The notes beneath the pieces are model-generated. The model was not told the DNA's origin and did not search any database. It worked only from the letters and a program-made list of their open reading frames with translations. This document shows positions 19,064-27,741 of a stretch of 64,000 bases of DNA, in pieces (positions within the stretch are counted from its first letter, which is position 1; every line of letters begins with the position of its first letter). Location: NCBI GenBank assembly GCA_011525625.1, contig WYAX01000022.1, positions 33,218 through 97,217 on the forward strand. Reading direction: 5' to 3'. The translations under genes were made by a program, and so were the position numbers. The stretch is from Nitrospira defluvii (GTDB taxonomy: Bacteria; Nitrospirota; Nitrospiria; Nitrospirales; Nitrospiraceae).

Positions 19064-19297
19064 ATGACGATCCGCACAGGCCATGGAGTCAAGTCGAAGG
19101 TGGTGGTCTCCGTCGGTGACGAGCATGGCAATGCGACCATCGTGTTGTACCGGGGCGGTAGAACCGGCCTGGCATTTCGATCTCCAGCGCATCGGATGTT
19201 CACGGATGCCGTCCGAGCGCGCCGTACGAGCGAGGCCACGGCCTCCGGGGCCTGTGCCTCCGCGGCGAAACCATTTCAACAGGGAGGTTCTCGATGA
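19064..19297 (+). CDS. Candidate 77-aa hypothetical protein
   Basis: GGGAGG RBS; its TGA overlaps the CsbD ATG (ATGA). Confidence 0.5.
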   Translation: MTIRTGHGVKSKVVVSVGDEHGNATIVLYRGGRTGLAFRSPAHRMFTDAVRARRTSEATASGACASAAKPFQQGGSR

Positions 19298-19533
19298 ATA
19301 CCGATCAGTTCAAGGGGAAGTGGGTGCAATTCAAAGGGGAGGTCAAGAAGCAGTGGGGGAAGTTCACGGACGACGATTTAATGCAAATCGAAGGCGACTA
19401 CGACAAATTCGTGGGCCGCGTACAAGAACGGTATGGAGATAAGAAGGAAGAAGTCGTCCGCTGGGCCGACGACTGGTACCGGCAGCAAGGGCAACCGAGC
19501 TCCGGGCAGCGTGAAGCACAGCGCCCTCGATAA
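19294..19533 (+). CDS. csbD: CsbD/YjbJ-family stress protein
   Basis: MNTDQFKGKWVQFKGEVKKQWGKFTDDDL..IEGDYDKFVGRVQERYG. Confidence 0.9.
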   Translation: MNTDQFKGKWVQFKGEVKKQWGKFTDDDLMQIEGDYDKFVGRVQERYGDKKEEVVRWADDWYRQQGQPSSGQREAQRPR

Positions 19534-19581
19534 CGCATGGATCCTCACGAACCGCTGGTCTGAATGAAAGGAGAACCGACG

Positions 19582-19860
19582 ATGAAAAAGGTCATGGCGA
19601 TTGCAGTGATGTCCGCTCTCATGACAAGCCCGGCGTGGGCATTGTTTGAAACCAACAAACAGTTGGCTGCGACTGCCAGCATAACCTTGGAAGATGCGGT
19701 CAAGCACGCCTTGAGCGCTGTTCCCGGGAAGGCCGTGGAGGCTGAAATCGGAAAAGAAGACGGCCGGACGGTTTACGAAGTCGAGATCATCGACAGCAGC
19801 AACAAGACCCAAAAGGTCTATGTCGATGCACAAAGCGGTCAGACCAAAGTCGACCGATAA
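19582..19860 (+). CDS. Exported PepSY-domain protein
   Basis: Signal peptide (AWA); ITLEDAVKHAL..VPGKAVEAEI..YEVEII..VYVDAQSG. Confidence 0.85.
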   Translation: MKKVMAIAVMSALMTSPAWALFETNKQLAATASITLEDAVKHALSAVPGKAVEAEIGKEDGRTVYEVEIIDSSNKTQKVYVDAQSGQTKVDR

Positions 19861-19869
19861 CACAGAGTC

Positions 19870-19900
19870 CGGCGTGCCGCCCGACAGGGGCGGCACGCCG
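19870..19900. other. Perfect 13-bp-stem intergenic hairpin
   Basis: CGGCGTGCCGCCC-gacag-GGGCGGCACGCCG; no U-tract. Confidence 0.7.
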
Positions 19901-19926
19901 AACGGCGTAGTCCAGAGGATGGCATC

Positions 19927-20274
19927 ATGAGGCGACAACCAAGACTGCTGACAATGACGCTGGTGGGTCTGGCCATCACGGCGGGAGCGGGATCCGGAAC
20001 GGCGCAGGCGGAGAACGGGGCCGCCGGGGTTCGTACCGGGGCTGCCACGGCGGTGGTGAATCAGGATCAATTCGAAGGGAAATGGAAGCAGTTTACAGGC
20101 GAACTGAAGAAGCAGTGGGGAGAATTTACGGACGACGATCTCCTGGCTATTGAAGGGAGCGTCGACAAGCTTGAAGGCAAGATTCAAGAGCGATACGGCG
20201 ACCGTCGGGAAGAGGTCAAACGGTGGATCGATGAGTGGTTCGATCACAACGGGACGCGCCCGCGCGAGTCTTAA
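19927..20274 (+). CDS. CsbD-family protein with N-terminal signal-peptide-like extension
   Basis: NQDQFEGKWKQFTGELKKQWGEFTDDDL...IQERYG preceded by MRRQPRLLTMTLVGLAITAGAGSGTAQA. Confidence 0.8.
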   Translation: MRRQPRLLTMTLVGLAITAGAGSGTAQAENGAAGVRTGAATAVVNQDQFEGKWKQFTGELKKQWGEFTDDDLLAIEGSVDKLEGKIQERYGDRREEVKRWIDEWFDHNGTRPRES

Positions 20275-20307
20275 CACGACGGCACATGAATGAAGAAGGA
20301 GCGACAT

Positions 20308-20904
20308 ATGAAACGATTCGTTCTCCCGGTGATGATGACGCTGGGAATTGCGTTCACGGTTTGGGGCCTGGCGCTGCCGGCTGTGGCCGGGGCGGCCGAT
20401 GAGAAGAACCTCTTCGACCAGATCGATATCGGATTGTTATCGGTCGGTGGACGCGCCACGTTCGTCGATCCGAAAGACGGTTCAAGCCGGTGGTTCGGGG
20501 GAGGGCAGGTACGATTGCATCCCTCGCGATACTTCGCGTTCGAAGGGTCGGTCGATTATCGCCGGAATGACATCGGCGACACCCGTGTCCACACCTATCC
20601 GGTGCAGGTCTCGGCGCTGATTTATCCGCTCGGCACCACGAGGCTGGCCCCGTTCCTGCTCGGCGGCGGCGGTTGGTATTACACGACGGTCAAGGGCCCC
20701 GGTGGGTTCGACGATACGCAGAATCGATTCGGCGCCCATGCCGGCGGTGGGTTGCAGTTCTTTTTCAGCAAACATGTCTCGATCGACAGTACCTATCGAT
20801 ATATCTGGTTGGAGAAAATCGAGTCGAGAGATCAAAACATCGTCGACAAGAAGTTCCAGGATAACGGGCATATGGTCACGGTCGGCCTCAACTTCCATTT
20901 CTAG
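20308..20904 (+). CDS. Outer-membrane beta-barrel protein (OmpA-like transmembrane type)
   Basis: Signal peptide; amphipathic strands; PFLLGGGGW; C-terminal Phe (VTVGLNFHF). Confidence 0.8.
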   Translation: MKRFVLPVMMTLGIAFTVWGLALPAVAGAADEKNLFDQIDIGLLSVGGRATFVDPKDGSSRWFGGGQVRLHPSRYFAFEGSVDYRRNDIGDTRVHTYPVQVSALIYPLGTTRLAPFLLGGGGWYYTTVKGPGGFDDTQNRFGAHAGGGLQFFFSKHVSIDSTYRYIWLEKIESRDQNIVDKKFQDNGHMVTVGLNFHF

Positions 20905-20916
20905 GCGTCGTGACCT

Positions 20917-22056
20917 GTGAACGGAATCACCAAATGGCGTGCACCACATGAAGGTCGCGGCGGGAGGAGCGTTCGTCGGCGATGGTGGGTGGCCTGCTGG
21001 GTGATGGTGTGGGGCTTGTCCGGGATAGGGGGCGGTTCTGCCTACGCCGGGCAGGATGAGTACATTGCCGGCTATGCGGCCTCCATGCTGGAGCATGAAT
21101 TCCACCTTTCGGCAGCCGTCATCGAAGTCGAGAGGGGCATGGTGAACGTGTATGTACCGCGTCTCGGCGGGGAGGATCCCGACAAAATTCTCTCCTCCCT
21201 CCGTGCCATCCAGGGGGTGACCGGGGCGCGGGTACATACCGGGGAGAAGGCCAGCGGGGTCGCCGGGGCAGGTGCCGCACGAGCGGTCACGCCGGAAGCC
21301 GATTCGAAGTTTCTCCCGCGTGGCCTGCTGGTGGAGCCGCTGCACGCGGATCCCCGATGGCCGCATTTCGGCGCCGCCTATCATGCCCTCTCATCAGGGA
21401 ATAAGTTCGCCAGCGCGTTCGGTGAATCGTTTGCGATTTACCGCAATGCGGCCCCGTTTAAGGGTGAGTGGGAACTGGGTATTCAGGCAGGTGTGTTCGG
21501 CGTGTTCGACACGGAGCGACGTTCGATCGACCTGATCAACGCCGATTACACCATCGGGGTCGTTGCCAGTTATCGGGCGGACCGGTTCTCTGGTTTTGTC
21601 CGTATTCGGCATCAGAGCTCGCATTTAGGCGATGAGTTCATTCTGAACAATCCGCAAGTCACCCGGATCAATTTGAGTTACGAGGAGATCGATCTCAAAC
21701 TCTCCTACGACCTCACGACCTGGATGAGATGGTATGGAGGGGTGGGTACCCTGGTGAGAAGAGACCCTCGGTCGCTCGGCCGTGAGACCGCGCAGGGTGG
21801 AATCGAACTCAAGAGCCCATGGCTTTTGGCAGGAGGCACCGTCAGACCGGTAGCCTATGCGGACGTTCAAGCCAATTCACGGGCGAATTGGGCGGTGAGC
21901 CAATCGATTATGGCAGGGTTGCAGTTCGAAAATGCCAGGATCGGCGATAGAAAACTGCAAGTGTTAGGGGAGTATTTCTCGGGACCGAGCCCGGACGGCC
22001 AGTTATTCACCACACGTGTCGAATGGGTCGGTGTGGGGGTGCATCTGTGGTTTTAA
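20917..22056 (+). CDS. DUF1207-like exported/outer-membrane protein
   Basis: PLHADPRWPHF, LINADY, RIRHQSSHLGDEF motifs, recognised from memory; start uncertain. Confidence 0.65.
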   Translation: MNGITKWRAPHEGRGGRSVRRRWWVACWVMVWGLSGIGGGSAYAGQDEYIAGYAASMLEHEFHLSAAVIEVERGMVNVYVPRLGGEDPDKILSSLRAIQGVTGARVHTGEKASGVAGAGAARAVTPEADSKFLPRGLLVEPLHADPRWPHFGAAYHALSSGNKFASAFGESFAIYRNAAPFKGEWELGIQAGVFGVFDTERRSIDLINADYTIGVVASYRADRFSGFVRIRHQSSHLGDEFILNNPQVTRINLSYEEIDLKLSYDLTTWMRWYGGVGTLVRRDPRSLGRETAQGGIELKSPWLLAGGTVRPVAYADVQANSRANWAVSQSIMAGLQFENARIGDRKLQVLGEYFSGPSPDGQLFTTRVEWVGVGVHLWF

Positions 22057-22203
22057 GCGGATCGACGCTGATTCGGCAGGGTAAACAATGATGACCTATG
22101 TGGCCTCTCGTCGGCTTGTGGGCGCTCGCCGTGCCGGTCGTCGTGGTGTGGCTGCTTTGGTTGTTCGGCATTGGGAAACCTTGAATCACGAAAGGAGCCT
22201 GTC

Positions 22204-22380
22204 ATGTCGAAGGAGGCGAGTGCCGGAAAATCCTGCGCGCATCCCCGTTGCGCCTGTCAGGCTGAAAAAGGCAAGGAGTTCTGCTCGGATGCTTGTCGAA
22301 ACGCGTCCGTGCCGACCGGCGGCTGCCGTTGTGGACACGATGCGTGTGGAGTCACACAGCAGACCAGGTCGTCATCGTAA
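22204..22380 (+). CDS. Bacterial metallothionein-like protein
   Basis: 58 aa; CAHPRCAC, FCSDAC, CRCGHDAC (8 Cys, 2 His); AAGGAG RBS. Confidence 0.8.
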   Translation: MSKEASAGKSCAHPRCACQAEKGKEFCSDACRNASVPTGGCRCGHDACGVTQQTRSSS

Positions 22381-22420
22381 ATCCCATGGTCAACCGTTCA
22401 TCATATAAAGAGGTGTCATC

Positions 22421-22588
22421 ATGTTGAGCTGGGCAGTTACATTCCTCGTCATCGGATTGATCGCCGGCGTGTTGGGTGTCTCGGGGGTTGCCGGCACGGC
22501 CACCCACATCGCCTATGTGCTGTTCGTCGTATTCCTGATTCTTGCCGCCATCGGCATGGTCATGGGGAAACGTCCGCCGGTGGCCTGA
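22421..22588 (+). CDS. DUF1328 (YtjA/UPF0391) small membrane protein
   Basis: Not in ORF track. [55 protein letters not shown]; AGAGGTG RBS. Confidence 0.85.
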   Translation: MLSWAVTFLVIGLIAGVLGVSGVAGTATHIAYVLFVVFLILAAIGMVMGKRPPVA

Positions 22589-22600
22589 CGGAGATGGGCT

Positions 22601-25414
22601 CTATCGGCCGGCGCGGACGGTGCTCACGATCGCCTCGTAGAGCTGGACGGCGGCGCGTTCTTTGGTCACAAAGACCGCCGCCCCGGCGTTGAGCATGGCT
22701 TCTTCGATGTGACGTTCGTTTTGTACCGACAAGCCGATGATTACGATGTCCGAGTGAGCGGAGAGGATCCGGCGCGTCGCCTCAATGCCGTCGACCCTCG
22801 GCATGTTGATGTCCATCACGACCACGTCGGGTTGTAGGGTCGTGGCCAGGCGAATCGCAGCTTCACCGTCACCGGCCTCTCCGATCACATCCAGGTCCTC
22901 GTAACTATCCAGCACACTACGCAGCCCCTGCCGGACCATCGCATGATCGTCCACGAGTAACACCCGGAGTCGTTGAGAGGGAGGGATGCGGGTCCTTTCC
23001 TGTTGCATGTCGGCGGCTGTGAGGGTCAGCATCGAAGGCGAGGACGTGTCGATCGGCACGGTGATGGTGACCGCGGTTCCGCGCCCTTCAGCCGACAGCA
23101 GGCTCAAGTGCCCGCCGATGGCCTCCACACGCTCCTGTACGTTAAAGAGTCCGAACTGTCCTGGATGATCGCGATCGGTCTCCTGCAGAGTGTCGGGGTT
23201 GAATCCACGTCCATGATCGGTGACGGTGATGATCGCCCAATGCTCAGGGCTTACGAGCAGCGTGATCTCGGCCTCGCCGGTGCCGGCATGTTTGACCACA
23301 TTGAACAACAGCTCTCGTGCGCTCTGGTACAGAATCACCGCCCGTTCCTCGGCCATGGGCAGGCGCTCGACCTCGGAGCGGATAGTCACCACGAGCCCAT
23401 GGGTCTTCATTTGCCCGGCCAGCCATTTGAGCGCCGCGGGCAAGCCGAATTGATACAGGATCTGGGGACTCAATTCCGCCACCAGCGAGCGCGTATAGTT
23501 GAGCGATTGGGTCAGCACGTCGTCCGTCTCGCCCAGGAGCTGCTGCGCCTTCTGGTCTTTGATGTGCGGTCTGGCCTGGCTCAGTTTCATGCGCCCCACG
23601 ACCAGCAATTGGGCCAGGTAGTCGTGAAGCTCTGTAGCGAGCCGGCGACGCTCCTGTTGTTCCGTCATGCTCAGGTCGGAAGCCAGCGCACGCAAACGGG
23701 CTTGTGAACGCTGCAAGGCCTGTGTCCGTTCGTCGACCCGGGTTTCCAACTCGACGGTCCACTGCTGCAATTGTTCTTCGGCATGTTTTCGATCCGTGAT
23801 ATCCAGTGCAGCGCCAAGATAGCCGGTCAGCACTCCAGAAGCCGTCAGCAGCGGTACGCCGCGATCCAAAATCCATCCGTACGTCCCGTCTTGCCGCCGC
23901 AGCCGATACTCCAGTTCAAAGGGTTCATGACGGGAGCAATGATCGTGATAGAGCTGCAGCACCATGGCACGATCGTCCGGGTGAATGTCGGCCATGCGAC
24001 CCTCGCCCAATTGCTCTTCAAGCGCACGCCCGGTGTAGCCCAGCCACGACCGGTTCAGCCAGGTGCATCGTCGATCGGGACCGGCCATCCAGACGAGTAC
24101 CGGTGTGGCATCGGCCAGCAGGCGAAAATGGGCCTCGCTTTCTCGAAGCGCGAATTCCGCGCATTTGCGTTCGGTGATGTCGAACATCACGCCGGTGATC
24201 TGTCGGGGGTGGCCTGCGGCATCGGGGAGGACTTGCCCGGTCATCGCAATCCAGGCTTCGGTAGGCGGGGCCTGCCGCAGAACGCGGCATTCCAGGGCGT
24301 ACGAGCCGCGAGTGCGGACCGCTTCCTCAACCGCGGCGTGGACGCGCCCCCGGTCATCCGGGTGGATCAATCGGCTAAAGGAGGCGAGTGTCCCGCCGAA
24401 ACCCGCGGCCGACACGCCCAGCATGACTTCCAGTTCAGGAGCCAGAGCGAGCGTGTGATTGTCGAGGTCCTGATGAAACGTGCCCATCCGTCCGGCTCTC
24501 AATGCCAGGCGATGTCGGGCCTCACGCTGCTGAAGAATCTGCAGGATGTGCTTTTTCTGGCCGTCGGTCTTGTTCAGGCTTCCGGCCAACACCCAGAGCG
24601 AGGCCAGCATGATCACCATGACCGCGGCCACGGCCAGCGCAACTCCGAAGTTGAAGTCGTAATAGCCGGAACGCTGCGCGGTAATGCGGATCCATCCGGC
24701 AAGAATCGGCAGGCCGATCGCGAAAGGCAGCATACGCCGGAGCATCACTCCGCCGAGATCGGCGCACACCAGCGTAGCCATAAACCCCCTCGTCGGCCGC
24801 GCGGCAAGAATGCCGAGACCGATCAGGAACAGCAGGGTAGCGCTGTACAGCGACATGGTCGAGAAGCTGCCCACCTGGTAGAGCGAGCGGACTCCATACA
24901 AATACCCGACGAGCGCGATGCCGCCCATGGTCTTGCCGGCCAGGGCCGCATATTGGGCGGGATAGTGTCCATTGGACAACGGCTGATCGAAGGTGAGCAG
25001 CGCGAGGGACAGCAGGAATGTCACGCAAGCGGTCAGCGGCGCCATGCGTCCCGGGTGAGCCGCCGCGTCGATGTCTGCGTCTTGCATGAACCAGAGGTCG
25101 ATGCCGATGTTCGCGTTGAAGAGGTATTCGGCCAATGTAAGCCCGGCCAGCAGGCAGGCCGCGGCAGCGGCAGCCTGGGCGCACCGCCGTCGGACTGTCG
25201 TCACCGCGGCTTCATCGGCCAGCAGCCACAGAGACCATCCGCAGAAGAAGATCGACAAGACCGTGACAGGCTTGATGGTACGGAAGGAGGGATGAAGCGT
25301 GGACAGCCAGGAGGGATCGTAGGCCCAGGACAGCAGCGTCGCGAGCGAACAGGTGATCGCGGCCAGTGCGGTTGATCGGGCAATCCACGGCAGTAAGGAC
25401 CAGGTGGGGTTCAT
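22601..25414 (-). CDS. Membrane hybrid histidine kinase HK1 (multi-TM, 2 PAS, HisKA_3, HATPase, REC)
   Basis: Hydrophobic N-terminal ~280 aa; EQQERRRLATELHDYLAQ H-box; RELLFNVVKHA; FGLFNVQER; C-terminal VDDHAMVRQG..MDINMP. Confidence 0.9.
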   Translation of the reverse strand: MNPTWSLLPWIARSTALAAITCSLATLLSWAYDPSWLSTLHPSFRTIKPVTVLSIFFCGWSLWLLADEAAVTTVRRRCAQAAAAAACLLAGLTLAEYLFNANIGIDLWFMQDADIDAAAHPGRMAPLTACVTFLLSLALLTFDQPLSNGHYPAQYAALAGKTMGGIALVGYLYGVRSLYQVGSFSTMSLYSATLLFLIGLGILAARPTRGFMATLVCADLGGVMLRRMLPFAIGLPILAGWIRITAQRSGYYDFNFGVALAVAAVMVIMLASLWVLAGSLNKTDGQKKHILQILQQREARHRLALRAGRMGTFHQDLDNHTLALAPELEVMLGVSAAGFGGTLASFSRLIHPDDRGRVHAAVEEAVRTRGSYALECRVLRQAPPTEAWIAMTGQVLPDAAGHPRQITGVMFDITERKCAEFALRESEAHFRLLADATPVLVWMAGPDRRCTWLNRSWLGYTGRALEEQLGEGRMADIHPDDRAMVLQLYHDHCSRHEPFELEYRLRRQDGTYGWILDRGVPLLTASGVLTGYLGAALDITDRKHAEEQLQQWTVELETRVDERTQALQRSQARLRALASDLSMTEQQERRRLATELHDYLAQLLVVGRMKLSQARPHIKDQKAQQLLGETDDVLTQSLNYTRSLVAELSPQILYQFGLPAALKWLAGQMKTHGLVVTIRSEVERLPMAEERAVILYQSARELLFNVVKHAGTGEAEITLLVSPEHWAIITVTDHGRGFNPDTLQETDRDHPGQFGLFNVQERVEAIGGHLSLLSAEGRGTAVTITVPIDTSSPSMLTLTAADMQQERTRIPPSQRLRVLLVDDHAMVRQGLRSVLDSYEDLDVIGEAGDGEAAIRLATTLQPDVVVMDINMPRVDGIEATRRILSAHSDIVIIGLSVQNERHIEEAMLNAGAAVFVTKERAAVQLYEAIVSTVRAGR

Positions 25415-25615
25415 GAGGACGACTCACCGTGGGTGATCGATACGGGCGGCCTGTTCGCGGTCACGTCGGCCGGCTCCGGCGAGCGAAAGCCATGAAGCAT
25501 GGTCTGAAGTAAACCCCTGGAGATGTGAGCTGTTGTGAAACGAGGCGCCGATGGAGACGAGCTATGGGTGATACGTGACACGCACCATCATACCGACTGC
25601 GAGGGCAAGGAGGAA

Positions 25616-25631
25616 CTGGGGATTACCCTAG
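25616..25631 (-). promoter_or_regulatory. CTAG-N8-CTAG box (CTGGggattaccCTAG) upstream of HK1
   Basis: TATGAT (25592..25587) 23 nt away on the - strand. Confidence 0.8.
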
Positions 25632-25655
25632 CTCGCCGACTGATCGACCGTTCGT

Positions 25656-27662
25656 TCAGGACGGGGCAGGGCAGTGACGCAGAATGATGTCGTATAACTG
25701 ACCGGCTGCGGATTCCTTCGGCAGGAAGTCCGCAGCGCCGGCCTCGGTCATCGCGAGTTTCACTTGCGGATCGTTTCTGACGGAAATGCCGATGACGGTC
25801 ATGGACGCATGTTCGCGTCGTATCCGTCTGGTGGCCTCGACACCGTCGATGAGGGGCAGGTTGACATCCATGACGACGACGTCCGGATGAAGCGCACGTG
25901 CCATGACAATGGCATCATGCCCGTTGGCGGCTTCGCCTACGACCGTCAAGTCCGTATAACTGTCCAGGATACTGCGCAGTCCCTGTCGTACCATCGCATG
26001 GTCATCCACCAATAACACTCTGACCGTCTTGATCTGGGATTCAGCAGAAGGGTGCGGAGAGAGGGCGGAGTCCGGTTGCGACGTCACGGTCTCGGCCGTT
26101 GCGTTCCTGGTCAGCGGCATGTGCAGGATGACGAGGGTCCCGACCCCGGATGCGGAGGATAATTCGCATTCCCCTCCCAAGAGTTCCATCCGTTCCCGAA
26201 TACTCAGTAATCCGAATTTCCCGTGGGGGGTTCCCGGGTTGGTGAGGTCGGCCACATCGAAGCCGACCCCCTCATCCTCGACACAGATCCAGAGTTCCTG
26301 GTGCTCGTCGACGCTGACCGTCAATGTCGCGTGGTCGGTCCTGGCATGTTTGACGATGTTGAACAACAGTTCGCGCACGGATTGAAACAGGAGAACGGCT
26401 TGGTCGTCGGCCAGGGTAAAGGGCGTGCAGCCGAGTTCGACCGATACCCGCAGATCATGCTGCTTCATTTGCTCGCCCAGCCAGAGCAGCGATTTGGCCA
26501 ACCCGAACTGATAGAGAATCTGTGGGCTCAGCTCGGCCACAAGGGAACGGGTATACGTCAGCGCCTGGTCGAGCATGGTATCTACCTGGGCCAGGGTCGC
26601 CGAGATCGCAGGGTCGCCGACCCGCGGAATAAGCTGAGACATCCGCAGCCGGCTGGCCACCACCAACTGAGCCAAGTAATCGTGGAGGTCGGTGGCCAAT
26701 CTCCGCCGTTCACGCTGTTCGGTCAGGGTGAGTTCCGAAGCGAGCGCGCGCAGGCGTTCTTGTGAGGCGAGGAGTTCCTGTGTGCGTTCGGCAATCCGGC
26801 GCTCCAGCTCGCTCGCGGATTCGTGCAGCTGTTGTTCCGTCGCCTTCCGTTCCGTCAGGTCCGTCAACATATTGACCGTGCCGAATACGTCCCCTGTCTC
26901 TGTGCGTAATGGAGTGGAGTGAAGGGTGACCGGGACCCCTGTTCCATCCTGGCGTTGAATCATGGCTTCGAGACCGTGCACCGGGCGACCGTGCGCCAGC
27001 GCCTGGCGAAGCGGGCAGTCCTGTTCGGTCATGAGTCGACCGTCCGACCCGGTCAGTCGCCAGGATCCACACCAGTAGGGCACTCCTGAGGTCGGCCGGC
27101 AGCGCCAGAGATCCACGGCAGCCTGGTTGTAATGTGTGATCAGTCCTTTCGCATCGGTGGTGAAGACCGCCGCCGGCAGCCCTTCCACCAGGCCGGCCAA
27201 ATGGCGCTCTGCCTGTTTCCGTTCGGTGATGTCCCTGGCGATTTTCGAGGCGCCCACGATGCGGCCCTTGCCGTCCGTGATCGGAGAGACCGTCAACGAG
27301 ATGTGGACCAGCGAGCCGTCCTTCCGTTGTCGAACGGTTTCATAATGATCGATCCGTTGGCCGATCCGGATCCGCTCCAGGATGCGGAGTTCTTCATCAA
27401 ATCGGTCCTTGGGAATCAGTCGATGGACCGGCTGACCGATCATGTCATCCGCGGTGTACCCGAAGAGTCGCTGGGCGCCCTGGTTCCAGCTCGTGACGAT
27501 GCCGTGGAGATTCTTGGAGATGATCGCATCGTCCGACGACTCGACGATGGCCGCGAGGCGCGCCGACATGAGGTCGGCTGAGAGCGGGTCCGTCATGGGT
27601 GCGGATGTCTCGTTGTTGGATTGCATGGCGATCGGTTCGTGGCGACACGTCTCTCGCGTCAT
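25656..27662 (-). CDS. Cytoplasmic hybrid histidine kinase HK2 (2 PAS, HisKA_3, HATPase, REC)
   Basis: LAAIVESSDDAIISK PAS; EQRERRRLATDLHDYLAQ; RELLFNIVKHA; C-terminal REC (MDVNLP); start uncertain. Confidence 0.9.
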   Translation of the reverse strand: MTRETCRHEPIAMQSNNETSAPMTDPLSADLMSARLAAIVESSDDAIISKNLHGIVTSWNQGAQRLFGYTADDMIGQPVHRLIPKDRFDEELRILERIRIGQRIDHYETVRQRKDGSLVHISLTVSPITDGKGRIVGASKIARDITERKQAERHLAGLVEGLPAAVFTTDAKGLITHYNQAAVDLWRCRPTSGVPYWCGSWRLTGSDGRLMTEQDCPLRQALAHGRPVHGLEAMIQRQDGTGVPVTLHSTPLRTETGDVFGTVNMLTDLTERKATEQQLHESASELERRIAERTQELLASQERLRALASELTLTEQRERRRLATDLHDYLAQLVVASRLRMSQLIPRVGDPAISATLAQVDTMLDQALTYTRSLVAELSPQILYQFGLAKSLLWLGEQMKQHDLRVSVELGCTPFTLADDQAVLLFQSVRELLFNIVKHARTDHATLTVSVDEHQELWICVEDEGVGFDVADLTNPGTPHGKFGLLSIRERMELLGGECELSSASGVGTLVILHMPLTRNATAETVTSQPDSALSPHPSAESQIKTVRVLLVDDHAMVRQGLRSILDSYTDLTVVGEAANGHDAIVMARALHPDVVVMDVNLPLIDGVEATRRIRREHASMTVIGISVRNDPQVKLAMTEAGAADFLPKESAAGQLYDIILRHCPAPS

Positions 27663-27712
27663 AGGGTGTCGTGCCGAACGCTATGGTAAACGGTTTGACG
27701 GCACTTCGCCAA

Positions 27713-27728
27713 CTAGGCATACCGCTAG
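27713..27728 (-). promoter_or_regulatory. CTAG-N8-CTAG box, perfect (CTAGgcataccgCTAG) upstream of HK2
   Basis: TACCAT (27688..27683) 24 nt away on the - strand. Confidence 0.85.
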
Positions 27729-27741
27729 CGCGGTCGACCGG

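Noticed and set aside
2205-25375. Long antisense ORFs (e.g. 2205..3317 -, 4916..6082 -, 10742..11809 -, 23771..25375 +)
   Set aside because: They lie opposite well-supported genes, lack motifs and are typical GC-rich shadow frames.
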